Part shown: positions 25,898 to 39,741 of the stretch, piece after piece
Layout of the letters: every line of letters starts with the position of its first letter
Numbering within the stretch: the stretch's first letter is position 1
DNA from: Octopus sinensis
Taxonomy: Eukaryota
Length of the DNA: 64,000 bases
Direction of reading: 5' to 3'
Assembly (NCBI RefSeq): GCF_006345805.1
Contig: NC_043009.1
Span: 12,090,001-12,154,000, forward strand
The notes under the pieces: model-generated
What the model saw: the letters and a program-made list of their open reading frames with translations, nothing else
The model's database searches: none
Told to the model about the DNA's origin: nothing
Made by a program: the position numbers and the translations under genes

Positions 25898-26649
25898 TCG
25901 CGATATCTGGAATCTTCCAAATTTGTAAAAAGTCTTACGATTCAAAGGATGAACACTTGCACAACCGACGATGACAATTTCCTATTTGTTAAAACTTTGC
26001 CACCAGGAATGTGGCCAGTCAAAACTAAACTAAAACTAAGGGTAAGAATGAACACACACACACACAGATCCCCCCCCCCACTCAGCATCAGAAGTGAAGG
26101 CGCAGTGGACTGCTTATAAAATATCTTTGAAACGTTTTCTTCTACATTCATGCCGACTTCTCCAGCCTAAAACAGTAACGGGCTTATTTGTCCAATGATA
26201 CACAAGAAAAACACCTTTTGTTTACCAACGTAGCGTCGTATTCAGATCTGATTTTAAGAATACACCTTATACCACGTAGAATTTCGCAAACACGATCATA
26301 GTTGAAATTAATAAACAATACCACCGGCGAAAACAGCACTACAATAAGCTTTATAAAAATATGTTAGGTATTCCTTTAATTTTACTTGGACTCTACATTT
26401 AAACCATTATTTAAAACAGAAATGGCCTTTTTTGAAAAAACAGAAATGGTAAACCGTCGTGAAAACTAGCCAAAATCTGCCAGAAGAGACTTCGAAAATA
26501 ATGTAAACAAACCGCCCCCATTATTAAATTCTAGTGCCTCTCCAAATGTAGCTGAGTCAATATATTCAAGTTAGAAATATCCTGAAACCATAGCTCGTAG
26601 AAAACTTTTCTGCTTTTGCGAAACTATCGTTAAGCGATAGGCCATTCTT

Positions 26650-29380
26650 AAGATTAAGAAAAAAAAACCTAACAGCTCTAATGTTAAAAGTTATCAGTGA
26701 TGTCGCTGAAAAGCACATGGAATCATGTGATATTAATTTCTACAGTGAGGATATTAATATACTCTCATATACACAGCTGCTATCACTCTTAAGGAACACC
26801 TAGGAGAAATCTGCAGAATACATGGTAATGAAACTACTAAACGGAAGCAACCTAGATGAAAAACAGACCTTGAAGGAAACATCAACATTCTACGCCGCTA
26901 TATTTGATAGCAAACTATGATAATAAAATGTAAAAGGAATAATGAGTTTACACCTCATCAATTACATCTTATGAGCAAATTAACAAAACTCCATAGTAAT
27001 TCTTCACACCAAGGTCTTGAAGGAAGGTTAATTACACTAAAACACAAACTCAGTGCGCTGAGCGAAAGTCTTCGGTACTGTAGGCGAATTTTACTTCTAA
27101 CCGACTGACATTACATAAACATATGAGGAAGGAAAATGTTACCGTTGAGAAAGACCCCTCTCAAAGACATCTTGAATCATACTGATTGAAAGTCTTGAAC
27201 GAATAGAGGGAGCTCAAGCGCAATGCACCGTGGCTAAATGCAGTAAGGAGAGAAATCTGTGCCAACATCAACTGTAAAACATATGCAATTGACCCGGAAA
27301 CTTTCAGCATTTCTGTAGGCAAACATCCTAGTGGGAAGGCACCTGGAAGAGACCTAATAGCTGGATACTGATATAAAAGGCTGACATTTTACAGTTAACC
27401 ACTAATATGTATATTCAGAAGCACAATGGACGGTCAGATTTTTATACCAAATTGGCTTGCTATAGCACGGACAAATCCCGTATCCAAGAATGAAACTACC
27501 GAGTTGGCTGAAAACTATAGACCTATTGCTTGCCTAAATATTATATACAAATTGTACACAAGCTGCCTCAACCAATTCTTCCAGAATCACTATGGATCAG
27601 AGAATATAGTGACTGATGGGCAATCACTGTGCTTTTGGACTGATGAGCGGAATGGAATTTGTCCTAAAGAAATGTTCAAATTTGATTGTTTAACGGGAAA
27701 AAATCACTCTCCCAGATCCCACACCTGTTCATCAATGGTCTCATTATCTCACCTGTCCCACAGAAATAATGCTATAATTACCCAGATATTGATGAAAATA
27801 TATCATATGAACGTACTTTAAATAAATATAGAGTGACCCAAGAATATTATATCAGACTTAGAAAAATATGGCAGCCGGAAGTCTCCTCTAACGGCATGAC
27901 AATATTCCACATTTGGAATACTTGACTTGTCTGTTGAAGAAATCCACTCCATAGACGTGAAACCCGCAAGATACTGACATCAATTCCGAATCTCCACAGA
28001 AATAGTAGTAGGAGCACTCCGTCGGTGACGACGATGAGGGTCCCAGCTGATACGATCAACGGAACAGCTTGCTCATGTAATTAACGTGCAAATGGCTGAG
28101 CACTCCACAGACATGTGTACCCTTAACGTAGTTCTCGAGGAGATTCAGCGTGACACAGAGTGTGACAAGGCTGGCCCTTTGAAATACAAGTACAGAGAGA
28201 AACAGGAAGAAAGAGTGAGAGAAAGTTGTGGTGAAGAGTACAGCAGGGATCACCGCCATCCCCTGCCGAGCCTCGTGAGCTTTAGGTGTTTTCGCTCAAT
28301 CAAAAACACTCACAACGCCCGGTGTGGGAATCGAAAACCGCGATCCTATGCCCTAACCACTGGGCCATTGCGCCTCTACGACAGAAATAGTAATATCCAC
28401 AGGATCTACCTAAGAAGAGATAAAGGAGGTAGGGGCTTGAGATCAGTGCAGACAGCCTTTGAATGTCACAGTTTCTCTCAGACAGATCTTTAAATAACAG
28501 CAGCAAAAATAAACACATTTAATATGTTTATACTGAAAAGTGAAGAAAATAATGTCCTTCGTGTGGGCAGCGAGCCACTCAGAAAGTACTCTCTTCCTTA
28601 TGACCTCCCATACAAAAGATCCGGTCTAACATAAAAAAAAAGCTGGAGGTGAAATGCTCAGCATATACACACACACAAACGACCATGCATGGGTATGTTT
28701 GCAGTAGACTTGAAAAAAAAAACAGCAACTTTGACATGAAGCGAAGTCTTTCTTAGACTCGTGCCCGCTACATCACATCACATTTCCAAGACTATGCATT
28801 TGAAGACCAAAAAGTGGAGATTGTTAATAAATACCTAATAATACAAAAGAGACAGTGACGTCCTTGAGTACCAAGAGGCAACCGAAAATGTAGATTATGT
28901 TCTATTTCTGTAGGAGACGTGTCACTCATGTGATTAAAATGTCATCAAAGTACTACCAAAAATGTCATGAAGGTACTACCTCCCTATGGGACACGACGTT
29001 GTCATGAAAACGATATACATAACCATACGGAAAGAAGACTGCCATGGAATAAATTATAAAGAATACTCCGTTATTGAATTTTAGCACCAGGAATACTGGT
29101 GGAACATTCCTTTCAAAATATCTTCGAAGTGTAATCATAAGAGGCCAGATGCTGTTGCTTGGGGCAGACAAGGAAAAGTGTGTACCATCATAAAAGTCAG
29201 AGGTCATGCAGCTGTGAATAGCTCTTTGAAGATCAATGAGAAAGAAGATAACTATCGACATCCACTTCAAAACTTCCAGGTTCTATGTCCAGATTATGAA
29301 TTTATATTTATACCAATCATAATTGGTTTTGTAAGTAAATGCTTAACTGTCCGTCAAGATAAGCTTACAAGTCTGTAAGC
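26650..29380 (+). mobile_element. Decayed R4/Dong-clade (RLE) non-LTR retrotransposon
   Basis: KAPGRDLIAGY, ENYRPIACLNIIYKLYTSCL, IYLRRDKGGRGL, KCRLC, YYLPMGHDVV, RPD-like endonuclease and KEDNY...FIPIIIG motifs; many stops/frameshifts; central RT deleted. Confidence 0.85.
28008..28380 (-). mobile_element. SINE-C head + tail X, inserted in the R4 relic
   Basis: 12-bp TSD ACAGAAATAGTA at 27996-28007 and 28381-28392. Confidence 0.9.
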
Positions 29381-29629
29381 GGAATAGTGAAACTATGCAA
29401 GACTTTTCTCAGGTTTAAAATGTGATATTGTTTTTGTTATCAGTATTCCAGCGATGGATCTTTATATCTTTGTTAGAGACCAGCTCCGTCTCGAAAGGAA
29501 GAATTTAAATGATTAAAAATCCAAAAAGAATACACACACACACAATACATTTTATTATTCAAACAAGAAAATTTTGTACGTGTGAGTTTTTGTGTGGGCC
29601 ATTTCAGTTATATGTGAGTCTGTATGTTT

Positions 29630-29862
29630 TTTGTTTTTTTTACCCACAAGGGTCTAAACATAGAGGGGACAAACAAGGTCAGACAAACGGATTATGTTGA
29701 TTACATCGACCCCAGTGCGTAACTGGTACTTAATTTATTGACCCCGAAAGGATGAAAAGCAAAGTCGACCTCGGTGAAATTTGAACTCAGAACGTAACGG
29801 CACACGAAATACGGCTACACATTTCGCCCGGCGTGCTAACGTTTCTGCCAGGTCGTCGCCTT
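29630..29862 (-). mobile_element. SINE-B upstream of the gene B promoter
   Basis: Reverse-complement match. Confidence 0.9.
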
Positions 29863-30026
29863 GATGTAAGTCTGTATGTGTGACTATTGTAACTCTGTGT
29901 GTACATGTATGTATGAGTGCATGGCTGTGTTTGAAAGCATGTCCTTTTAGCAAACACTATGTGTCTTATGTTGTTAATAATAAATTAATTGAAATTCAAA
30001 ACGTAATTTTGGACGATTAAATCACA

Positions 30027-30042
30027 ATTATGACGTCATAAT
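30027..30042. promoter_or_regulatory. CRE-type palindrome upstream of gene B
   Basis: ATTATGACGTCATAAT, same position relative to the ATG as in gene A. Confidence 0.55.
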
Positions 30043-30194
30043 ACTGAAGTCAGAAAAACGCGATATTTTCCCTCATTCATTTGCGATACTTTGGCCATTG
30101 CTAACAGTTAACTTCTTGTAGGTTACTATTACAATCCATTGATTTGCGTTAATATATTTGCTAATAGCTTGTTTGTTTTAATCGATATAACCAA

Positions 30195-30420
30195 ATGTCC
30201 GACGTTCTACACCGCCCGGGCTTCCGCACACGACTTCGTAAAGGAGCTCGAAACTTTTTCTCAAGATTAATACCCTGCGTACGACGACCGAAACTTGAAG
30301 ACCCTTTGGAAGATGACACAGATTTTTCTTCACCGTTATCATCAGACATCTCCTTGATGACAACTACAGAAGAAGATTTCCCGAGAAATCTCAATCAATC
30401 TGCGATAGCTTGTAGAGAGG
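30195..30420 (+). CDS. Gene B (paralog of gene A, 161 aa) coding exon 1
   Basis: [75 protein letters not shown]; donor GAGG|gtgagt, phase 1. Confidence 0.85.
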
Positions 30421-30458
30421 GTGAGTTTTGTTGAAAACCGTTTGAAATATTTCTGTAC

Positions 30459-30459
<1 letters not shown>

Positions 30460-30514
<55 letters not shown>

Positions 30515-30523
30515 GTCTATCTG

Positions 30524-30569
<46 letters not shown>

Positions 30570-30613
30570 AATCAATCAATCAATCAATCAATCATCATCA
30601 ATCAATCAATCAT

Positions 30614-30679
<66 letters not shown>

Positions 30680-30934
30680 AGTTTATTTGCTTGTCTATTT
30701 AACTGTCTGTCTTCCTAACCAACCATTAAACTCTCTCTCTCTCTCCCTTTCTCTCTCTCTCTCCCTCTTTCTCTGTATATATGCATATGTACGTGCATTA
30801 TGTATAATGTATAATATATAAGACAGATTGGGCGTTCAAGCAACGATGGGAGCCTTAACGAGATTAATATCAGGGCCGAAACCTGTGATTTAAATGTCAC
30901 ACGAGGAGCGCATCAAATCGAACCTATATCGATG

Positions 30935-31013
<79 letters not shown>

Positions 31014-31095
31014 GTATGTATGTATGTATGTATGTATGTATGTATGTATGTATGTATGTATCTATGTATGTGTGTATATATATGTATATATATAT
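30460..31095. repeat. (TATC)n, (TC)n, (TA)n, (TATG)n arrays in gene B intron 1
   Basis: Direct inspection. Confidence 0.9.
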
Positions 31096-31104
31096 AGGGA
31101 TTAC

Positions 31105-31485
31105 GTCGACTATAAAGGGATTACGTCGACTTTGCTTTTCATCCTTTCGGGGTCAATAAATTAAGTACCAGTTACGCACTGGGTCGATGTAATCAACTTA
31201 TCCGTTTGTCTGTCCTTGTTTGTCCCCTCTATGCTTATATATATATATACATCAAGGCGGCGAGCTGGTAGAAACGTTAGCACGCCGGGCGAAATTCGTA
31301 GCCGTATTTCGTCTGTCGTTACGTTCCGAGTTCAAATTCCGCCGAGGTCGACTTTGCCTTTCATCCTTTCGGGGTCGATAAATTAAGTACCAGTTACGCA
31401 CTGGGGTCGATGTAGTCGACGTAATCCCTTTGTCTGTCCTTGTTTGTCCCCTCTGTGTTTAGCCCCTTGTGGGTAGTAAAGAAAT
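31105..31485 (+). mobile_element. SINE-B partial + full copy in gene B intron 1
   Basis: Full copy 31254-31485. Confidence 0.9.
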
Positions 31486-31737
31486 ATATATATATATATA
31501 TATATAACACTCCTGTGTGTTTGTGTGTGCAAACAAGCAAATAATCCTGCAATTTGTAGCCGTTAGATAAATAACATTTTCCCGTCATATCTATGGAAAT
31601 ATGTCTGACATTGGGAGGTAACCATCTTGATGGTGCTTCACGTGATGGATGTAGCAACCAAGCCCATCCCAAAACTTGATAAGAATCCCTCAAATGCACA
31701 TGAATAATTTTCATCATTGTTTTTGTGTTGCTTTCAG

Positions 31738-31785
31738 ATTCCCCACCTCGTGACTTTGACCAATGTGAACGAACTTCCTCTGAAG
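31738..31785 (+). CDS. Gene B coding exon 2 (48 nt)
   Basis: ttgctttcag|ATTCCCC...TCTGAAG|gtaaat; encodes DSPPRDFDQCERTSSE. Confidence 0.8.
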
Positions 31786-31963
31786 GTAAATATCAAAAAT
31801 ACATGGCCTTCTTAAATATCTGTGGACATATTATTATACTGTGCTATGTGTACGATGTGTGTGTGTGTGTGTGTGTGTTTGTGTGTGTTTGTGTGTGCCT
31901 GTACAACATTCAGAGTGCTTTTGTAGTAATATTCTTATCTTTTTGTCGTATTTCTGTTTCCAG

Positions 31964-32023
31964 ACATACCCACGACCCACACCGATCCTTGTGAAGAGTT
32001 CTTTGATGAACCATCATATTTTG
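31964..32023 (+). CDS. Gene B coding exon 3 (60 nt)
   Basis: tgtttccag|ACATACCC...TATTTTG|gtacgt; encodes DIPTTHTDPCEEFFDEPSYF. Confidence 0.85.
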
Positions 32024-32357
32024 GTACGTTATCTTTTCTGAACATTTACTTAGGACACACGCATACACACTTGTGTGTGTATATATATACACCAGTGTGT
32101 GTATATATATACACCAGTGTGTGTGTGTGTGTATATATATATATGTATATATATAACATACATATATATATATATATATATATAATATAATACTGATAGA
32201 GAGAGACAGAGAGACATACATACGTGAATACATACATACATACATACATACATACATACATACATACATACATACATACATACATACATACATACATACG
32301 TACATACAACTACGGTGATTAGGATTACAGCGGTTGCTCTATCTCTATCCAAGACTG

Positions 32358-32749
32358 TCGTGGAGGCGCAATGGCCCAGTGGTTAGGGCAACGGACTCGC
32401 GGTCATAGGATCACGGTTTCGATTCCCACACCGGGCGTTGTGAGTGTTTATTGAGCGAAAACACCTAAAGATCCACGAGTCTCCGGCAGAGGTGGTGCCG
32501 AACACTGCTGTACTCTTTCTCCACAACTTTCTCTTACTCTTTCTTCCTGATTCTGTTACATCTGTATTTTGAAGGGGCCAGCCTTGTCACACTCTGTGTC
32601 ACGCTGCGTCTCCCGGAGAACTACGTTAGGGGTACACGTGTCTGTGGAGTGCTCAGCCACGTGCACGTTAATTTCACGAGCAGGCTGTTCCGTTGATCAG
32701 ATCAACTGGAGCCCTCGTCGTCGCAACCGACGGAGAGCCACGAAACGAA
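32358..32749 (+). mobile_element. SINE-C (GGAGGCGCAATGGCCCAGTGG head) + tail X, in gene B intron 3
   Basis: 11-bp TSD ATCCAAGACTG at 32347-32357 and 32750-32760. Confidence 0.9.
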
Positions 32750-32851
32750 ATCCAAGACTGGCCTACTACTTCTTGAATCTGATATTTTGCACCAATCTGA
32801 AGAGCGTTTTTACAGTTTGTTGCGACTGATCATGATCTAGCTATATTTTGA

Positions 32852-33232
32852 TACTCTCTCTTTTACTCTTTTACTTGTTTCAGTCATTTGACTGCGGCCA
32901 TGCTGGAGCACCACCTTTAATCGAGCAACTCGATCCCTGGACTTATTCTTTTGTAAGCCCAGTACTTATTCTATCGGCCTCTTTTGCCAAACCGCTAAGT
33001 GACGGAGACGTAAACACACCAGCATCGGTTGTCAAGCAATGCTAGGGGGACAAACACAGACATAAACACACACACGCATATATATATATATATAATATAT
33101 ACATAAATACGACGGGCTTCTTTCAGTTTCCGTCTACCAAATCCACTCACAAGACTTTGGTCAGCCCGAGGCTATAGTAGAAGACACTTTCCCAAGGTGC
33201 CACGCAATGGGACTGAACCCGGAACCATGCGC
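32852..33232 (-). mobile_element. SINE-A in gene B intron 3
   Basis: Reverse-complement match; absent from the equivalent gene A intron. Confidence 0.9.
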
Positions 33233-33361
33233 CTATAACTTACTGTATTTGCAATACGTATTTACACGCGCATAGACTTTTCACAAAATACATATTCCAT
33301 GCTTCTTTTCGTGTGTAAAACGAATATCTATATATTGATGATTGTTTTTGTCACCGTATAG

Positions 33362-33513
33362 ATGATGCTAACCAAAACGAAGAGGACCCACCTTGTATTC
33401 CAATTATTGTATCCGACATCTTCATGCAAGCCAGTTCCGGTTTGCATCAAGTCGCCAACATCATCGTTTATTCTGTAAATGGTCATGTGACTATGTCTGT
33501 AACACTTGGCTAG
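33362..33513 (+). CDS. Gene B coding exon 4 (stop TAG 33511-33513; donor at 33518)
   Basis: cgtatag|ATGATGC...CTTGGCTAGATTAG|gtaagt; encodes DDANQNEEDPPCIPIIVSDIFMQASSGLHQVANIIVYSVNGHVTMSVTLG*. Confidence 0.85.
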
Positions 33514-33640
33514 ATTAGGTAAGTTATGATTGCATATTTTGCAGTGTTACAATACCACTATTTGATCCTATGTGATTTATACATCGATATGTTATACATA
33601 CACACAGGTTTGGTACAATTTTTATCTTCATTGTTTACAG

Positions 33641-33930
33641 ATATGTCAAGCACTTTGACCGCTGTGAGATTTGAATAGAGAAGCTGCCATACCTATACAG
33701 CACAAAAGACTTGTCCTACGTTCTAATGAACCTGAATATTCAACAGCATAGCTGAACAGCTAAAGAGAACACCATCAGAGTTATCCGGCCCAGGGTGCCA
33801 AATATGAAGAACACCCTGACCTTTTTTGTTAAGGTTAAACATTTTTTCGTAAATAAACGAAAAGGGGATGCAACTATCCGAATGACTGGAAACTTCTGGA
33901 CATATTTTTTATAAAAGATAAAAATCATAT
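33641..33930 (+). other. Gene B terminal (3' UTR) exon 5
   Basis: gtttacag|ATATGTC; AATAAA at 33852; homologous to 20576 and 23870; end approximate. Confidence 0.7.
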
Positions 33931-34148
33931 TCTTTTTTTTTACTTATTTATATAACTTGCAGAGTATGGTATCTGAGTATAGGTGTCTGCTAGTTTTCGA
34001 TTTTGCATAGTTTTCGATTTTAGGACCAGAAGAAATATTCTCTCCCTCACTATCTCTCCCTGTACTCCTCATATAATGTGACCGCGTGTGTATCGTTGGC
34101 GATTTTTTTCCTCCGTCTTCTCTTCCTTGGATTTTTCCTTTTCCTATT

Positions 34149-34181
34149 TTTCTGACGAAGAGCTCCGCTCGAAACGTTAAA
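34149..34181 (+). ncRNA. Minimal type I hammerhead ribozyme motif (Penelope-type)
   Basis: TTT-CTGACGA-A-GAGC-tcc-GCTC-GAAA-CGT-T-AAA: core, 4-bp stem II, palindromic ACGT stem III, U-A stem I. Confidence 0.55.
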
Positions 34182-34919
34182 TCTTCCTCCTTTCTTTCCT
34201 TTCCTGAGCGTCCAATAACACTATACTTGTTCCACGTCCTCGCGTTGTTGTGTTTTCTCTTTGTGTTTTCATGTTTGGATTAACTATATATATATATATA
34301 TATATATATAATTCATACACACATACACATACACACGCGCGCACACGCAGACACACACATACATACATATACAGATGTAACAGTATCCAGCATTTGAAAC
34401 CCTATCAGTTCAATAACCGGCGAAGACCACGGCATATGAAGTTTCCGTATTTGGTGGCGACTGTCTCCATCAGATGAATTTGAGACCCATATTTCAACCG
34501 TGCTTTTGTATTCGTGAGGTGTCAAGATTAATGGAAAATTCCTGGTTAGCTGGAGGCTATGCCGTTCCGACCTCGTGTTAAAAAGATTATCTTTCGCCAA
34601 GCACCAACACTTAACATTCTCACCTCTCTCCAAGCATGCATTCTCACACTGTAATAACTGGTTTACAGCATTGTAGCGTTTTTTTATTGTAATAACTGTA
34701 TATAAATCTGTAATGAAAGTGTGTGTGTATATGTTTGTGTGTCTGTGTTTGTCCCCCTAGCATTGCTTGACAACCGATTCTGGTGTGTTTACGTCCCCGT
34801 CACTTAGCGGTTCGGCAAAAGATAAGTCCCGGGGTCGATTTGCATGGCCGCAGTCAAATGACTGAAACAAGTAAAAGAGTTAAAGAGTAAAAGAGTATAT
34901 ATACATAAAAAAATAAATA

Positions 34920-35158
34920 CACCCTTTTAAAGCCTAGCCAGGCTCATGGGCCTAGTTTCCCAGTTTCTATGGCGTATGTGCTCCCCAGCTGGATGGGACG
35001 CCAGTCCATCGCAGCGTTACTCATTTTTGCCAGCTGAGTGGACTGGTGCAACGTGAAATGAAGTGTTTTGGAAACAACGCGTTGCCCGGTCCAGGAATCG
35101 AAACCACAATCTTACGATCATGATGCTGACACCCTATCCACTAAGCCACGCGCCTTCA
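34920..35158 (-). mobile_element. SINE-D head + tail Y
   Basis: Matches 44505-44752. Confidence 0.85.
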
Positions 35159-35384
35159 CACATATATATACATACATATATATAAATAAATGGCGTTAAG
35201 CGCTTAACTCCATTTATTTATTTATATATATTGTACGAAATATTTCACATCAACTCGGAGTTTCTACCTTTACAAACAGGGTGTTGCGTCCCTATTGCTT
35301 GTGTGATTTTTTAGCTGCCCTGGTAGCTGTCTGTTTATTTTTTTGCATGTTAATTGTAAACAAGGCAAAAATACACACATCCAT

Positions 35385-36700
<1,316 letters not shown>

Positions 36701-37475
36701 ACATATTTTTCGCGCACAAAATTAGCTGCCTTCTATTTGTCTGTTTGCATGTGTGGAGCCATCCCTAATCGCACTTCATCCTTATATAATCAAATAAACA
36801 AAGAAAGAAAAGAGAACTCCGCCAAGCGTTGATATGTTTTTCCATCCCCACACTCCGGATGTCTACTTAGTTGATGGCTTAGTAACACTGAAGTCAGAAT
36901 TCAGATGCCATCTGGAGTCAATTAGGTGAAACTCCCAAACTTACAAGCACGAACTCGAATACGAAACGATTCTTTCCTGGTTTGCTGTCTTCTATGACGT
37001 CATTGACCAGCTTAGAAAACATTCATGGAGTCGTCTTTAGAAGTTCCGAAGTACATGGCACACTTGTGGTCCTTGATAACAAAGATCGCGTTCAACTGTT
37101 TTATGTGTAATATGGAATTTCTCAGTGTGAACACAGCACGGTAAAATTTCAGTAACTGAATCAAGTAAACGCACATGTAAACATGTTCATATTTACACGC
37201 GTTCACACACGTGTATTTTGATTTTTTGATTTTTCCAGTTTCAGCTAATGAGCTGTGGCCATGCTGGGGCACCGCCGATAATTTCTGTATGCATACGAAC
37301 ATGTAAAGTTAGTATTTCCGTGCGTGTGCTTGCAACCATTTCTACAAACCACATACATATCCAAAACTCAAAATACAGCCACGTACATATGTTCATATGT
37401 ATTTATATAAATATATGTACGCATTTGTGTACCCTTTGTTATTAATAATGCTTCTGTCGCTATTGATTATATAGG

Positions 37476-37890
37476 GGCAGACGTGTCTGTGTGGTAAGAA
37501 AGTTGCTTCCCAACCACATGGTTCTGTGTTCAGTCCCACTGCGTGTCACCTTGAGCAACAATCTTCTACTATAACCCCGGGTCGACCAAAGACTTGTGAG
37601 TGGATTTGGTAGATGGAAACGGAAAGAAGCCTGTCACATATGTGCGTGCGCATGCGTATGTGTTTGTCTGTGTCTTTCTGTCAGTGTCTGTCCCCTACTA
37701 CCGCTTGACAACCGGTGTTGGTGTGTATACGTCCACGTTACTTAGTGTTTTCGGCAAAAGAGACTCATAGAATAAGTACCAGACTAAAAAGAGAGAAAGG
37801 AGTGGGATTGATTCTTTCGACTAAATTTTCTTCAACGCTGTGCCCCAGCATGGCCGTGGTCTGATGACTGAATCACGTAAAAGATAAAAG
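37476..37890 (+). mobile_element. SINE-A
   Basis: Match over full length. Confidence 0.8.
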
Positions 37891-37902
37891 ATAGAAATAT
37901 AT

Positions 37903-38320
37903 TAATTCTTTATTGCACACAAGGGGCTAAACATAGAGGGGACAAACAAGGATAGACAAAGGGATTAAGCCGATTACATCGCCCCTGGTGCGTAACTGGT
38001 ACTTATTTAATCGAACCGAAAGTATGAAAGGCAAAGTCGACTTCGGTGGAATTTGAACTTAGAACGTAGCGGCAGACAAAATACCTATTTCTTTACTACC
38101 CACAAGGGACTACGCACAGAGGGGACGGACAAAAACTGACAAACGGATTAAGTCGATTACATCGACCCCAGTGCGTAACTGGTACTTTATTTATCGACCC
38201 CGAAAGTATGAAAGGCAAAGTCGACCTCGGCGGAATTTGAACTCAGAACTTAACGACAGACGAAATACCGCTAAGCATTTCGCCCGGCGTGCTAACGATT
38301 CTGCCAGCTCGCCGCCTTAA
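37903..38320 (-). mobile_element. SINE-B dimer
   Basis: 13-bp TSD GATAGAAATATAT at 37890-37902 and 38323-38335. Confidence 0.9.
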
Positions 38321-38787
38321 ACGATAGAAATATATATACATACACACGCATAGACAGATACATACTCACACACACATATATACATGTGTGCGTATCTATA
38401 TTCATTCATTAATATACATATATATATATATATACATACATACATACATACATACATCCATACATACATACATACATACATACATACATACATACATGCA
38501 TACATACATACATAGACTCATGTACATACGCACAGAACATCTCTTAGGTCAAAACGTGATATATTATGTTGGGCTCAGACTTCACACTTAGTGATCTTTA
38601 TTCGAAAATATCAAAACCATCCCACAAAAAAAGGGCAAAAGACAAGAATTAAAGGTGCTTTCTATGCCTCATGGTCGGTTACACGGATTCTGTGACGTAT
38701 ATTTCCAAAACTGACGCAACATCGGTCCGGCGCAGGATTTTAAGTTACAAAACCATAAAACTATGAACAAATATTCCTAAAACATCC

Positions 38788-38845
<58 letters not shown>

Positions 38846-39741
38846 CCTCTTTCTATCTCTCTCCCTCTCTCTTTATCTCTCTCTCTCTCTTTATCTCTCT
38901 CTCTCCTCCTTTCTTATTTGCTCTTCCTATACATTTATGCATGTGTGTCTGTGTGCGCGTGTTCGTATGTGTGTGTGTGTGCGTGTGTATTTGTGTATGT
39001 GTGAGTGTGTATTTGTGTATGTGTGTATGTATTTGTGTATGTGTGTGCAAATGTGCGTATGTATGTGCATGAATGTGTGTGAACGTGTGTGTGAGTTGTG
39101 CGTCAGTTGTCTAATACACATGTGAATGAAAACAGCCTACCGCATTTAATAAGTTTTGGGATGAGACTGTAACACTCCACATATATCACCAGGGGACCCG
39201 ACATGGCTATCCCCGTCAGCGAAGGTGGTTGAGATACTAAATCGTTCTAATAGTTTGCTCTTCCTCTCGTCTCTGTTTAAAGCCATCAAAGTCGACAAAG
39301 ATGTCATGTAAGCGAGTGGGTTCAACACGATAATGTTTACGTTGTAAGTAAGTCGTAACTATAATTTATTAACCACATAATATAAGATATAAACGTTCGT
39401 GTTGTCATTATTTCCCCTAGTATATTATGTAAATAGAGATTGTTACAATCTTACTCTACTTTAAAATCTTTTCTTGTTTGGTTGTTGTTTTCTGCGTTTA
39501 TGAACGTCTCACATTCCGTTGGTTACGTATATCTGATCGTCTGTTACAGACACGCTGTTCTTCTAAATATTCGAAGTACAAGAGCCTCAACTTCTAAAAA
39601 ATGATATTGGAATAGAATAACCGACAGTATTATACCATATTCATACGAATGTGTGACCTTATAGTAATCTAAGAATTCAATATTAGGTAAGTCACTGCCC
39701 GTGTGACAGATAGAAAATATTACTCCTTTACAAGTGTTATA

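Noticed and set aside
32690-32745. HDV-like ribozyme in SINE tails X/Z or SINE-A
   Set aside because: Could not build the nested double pseudoknot by eye; needs an Infernal/RNArobo search
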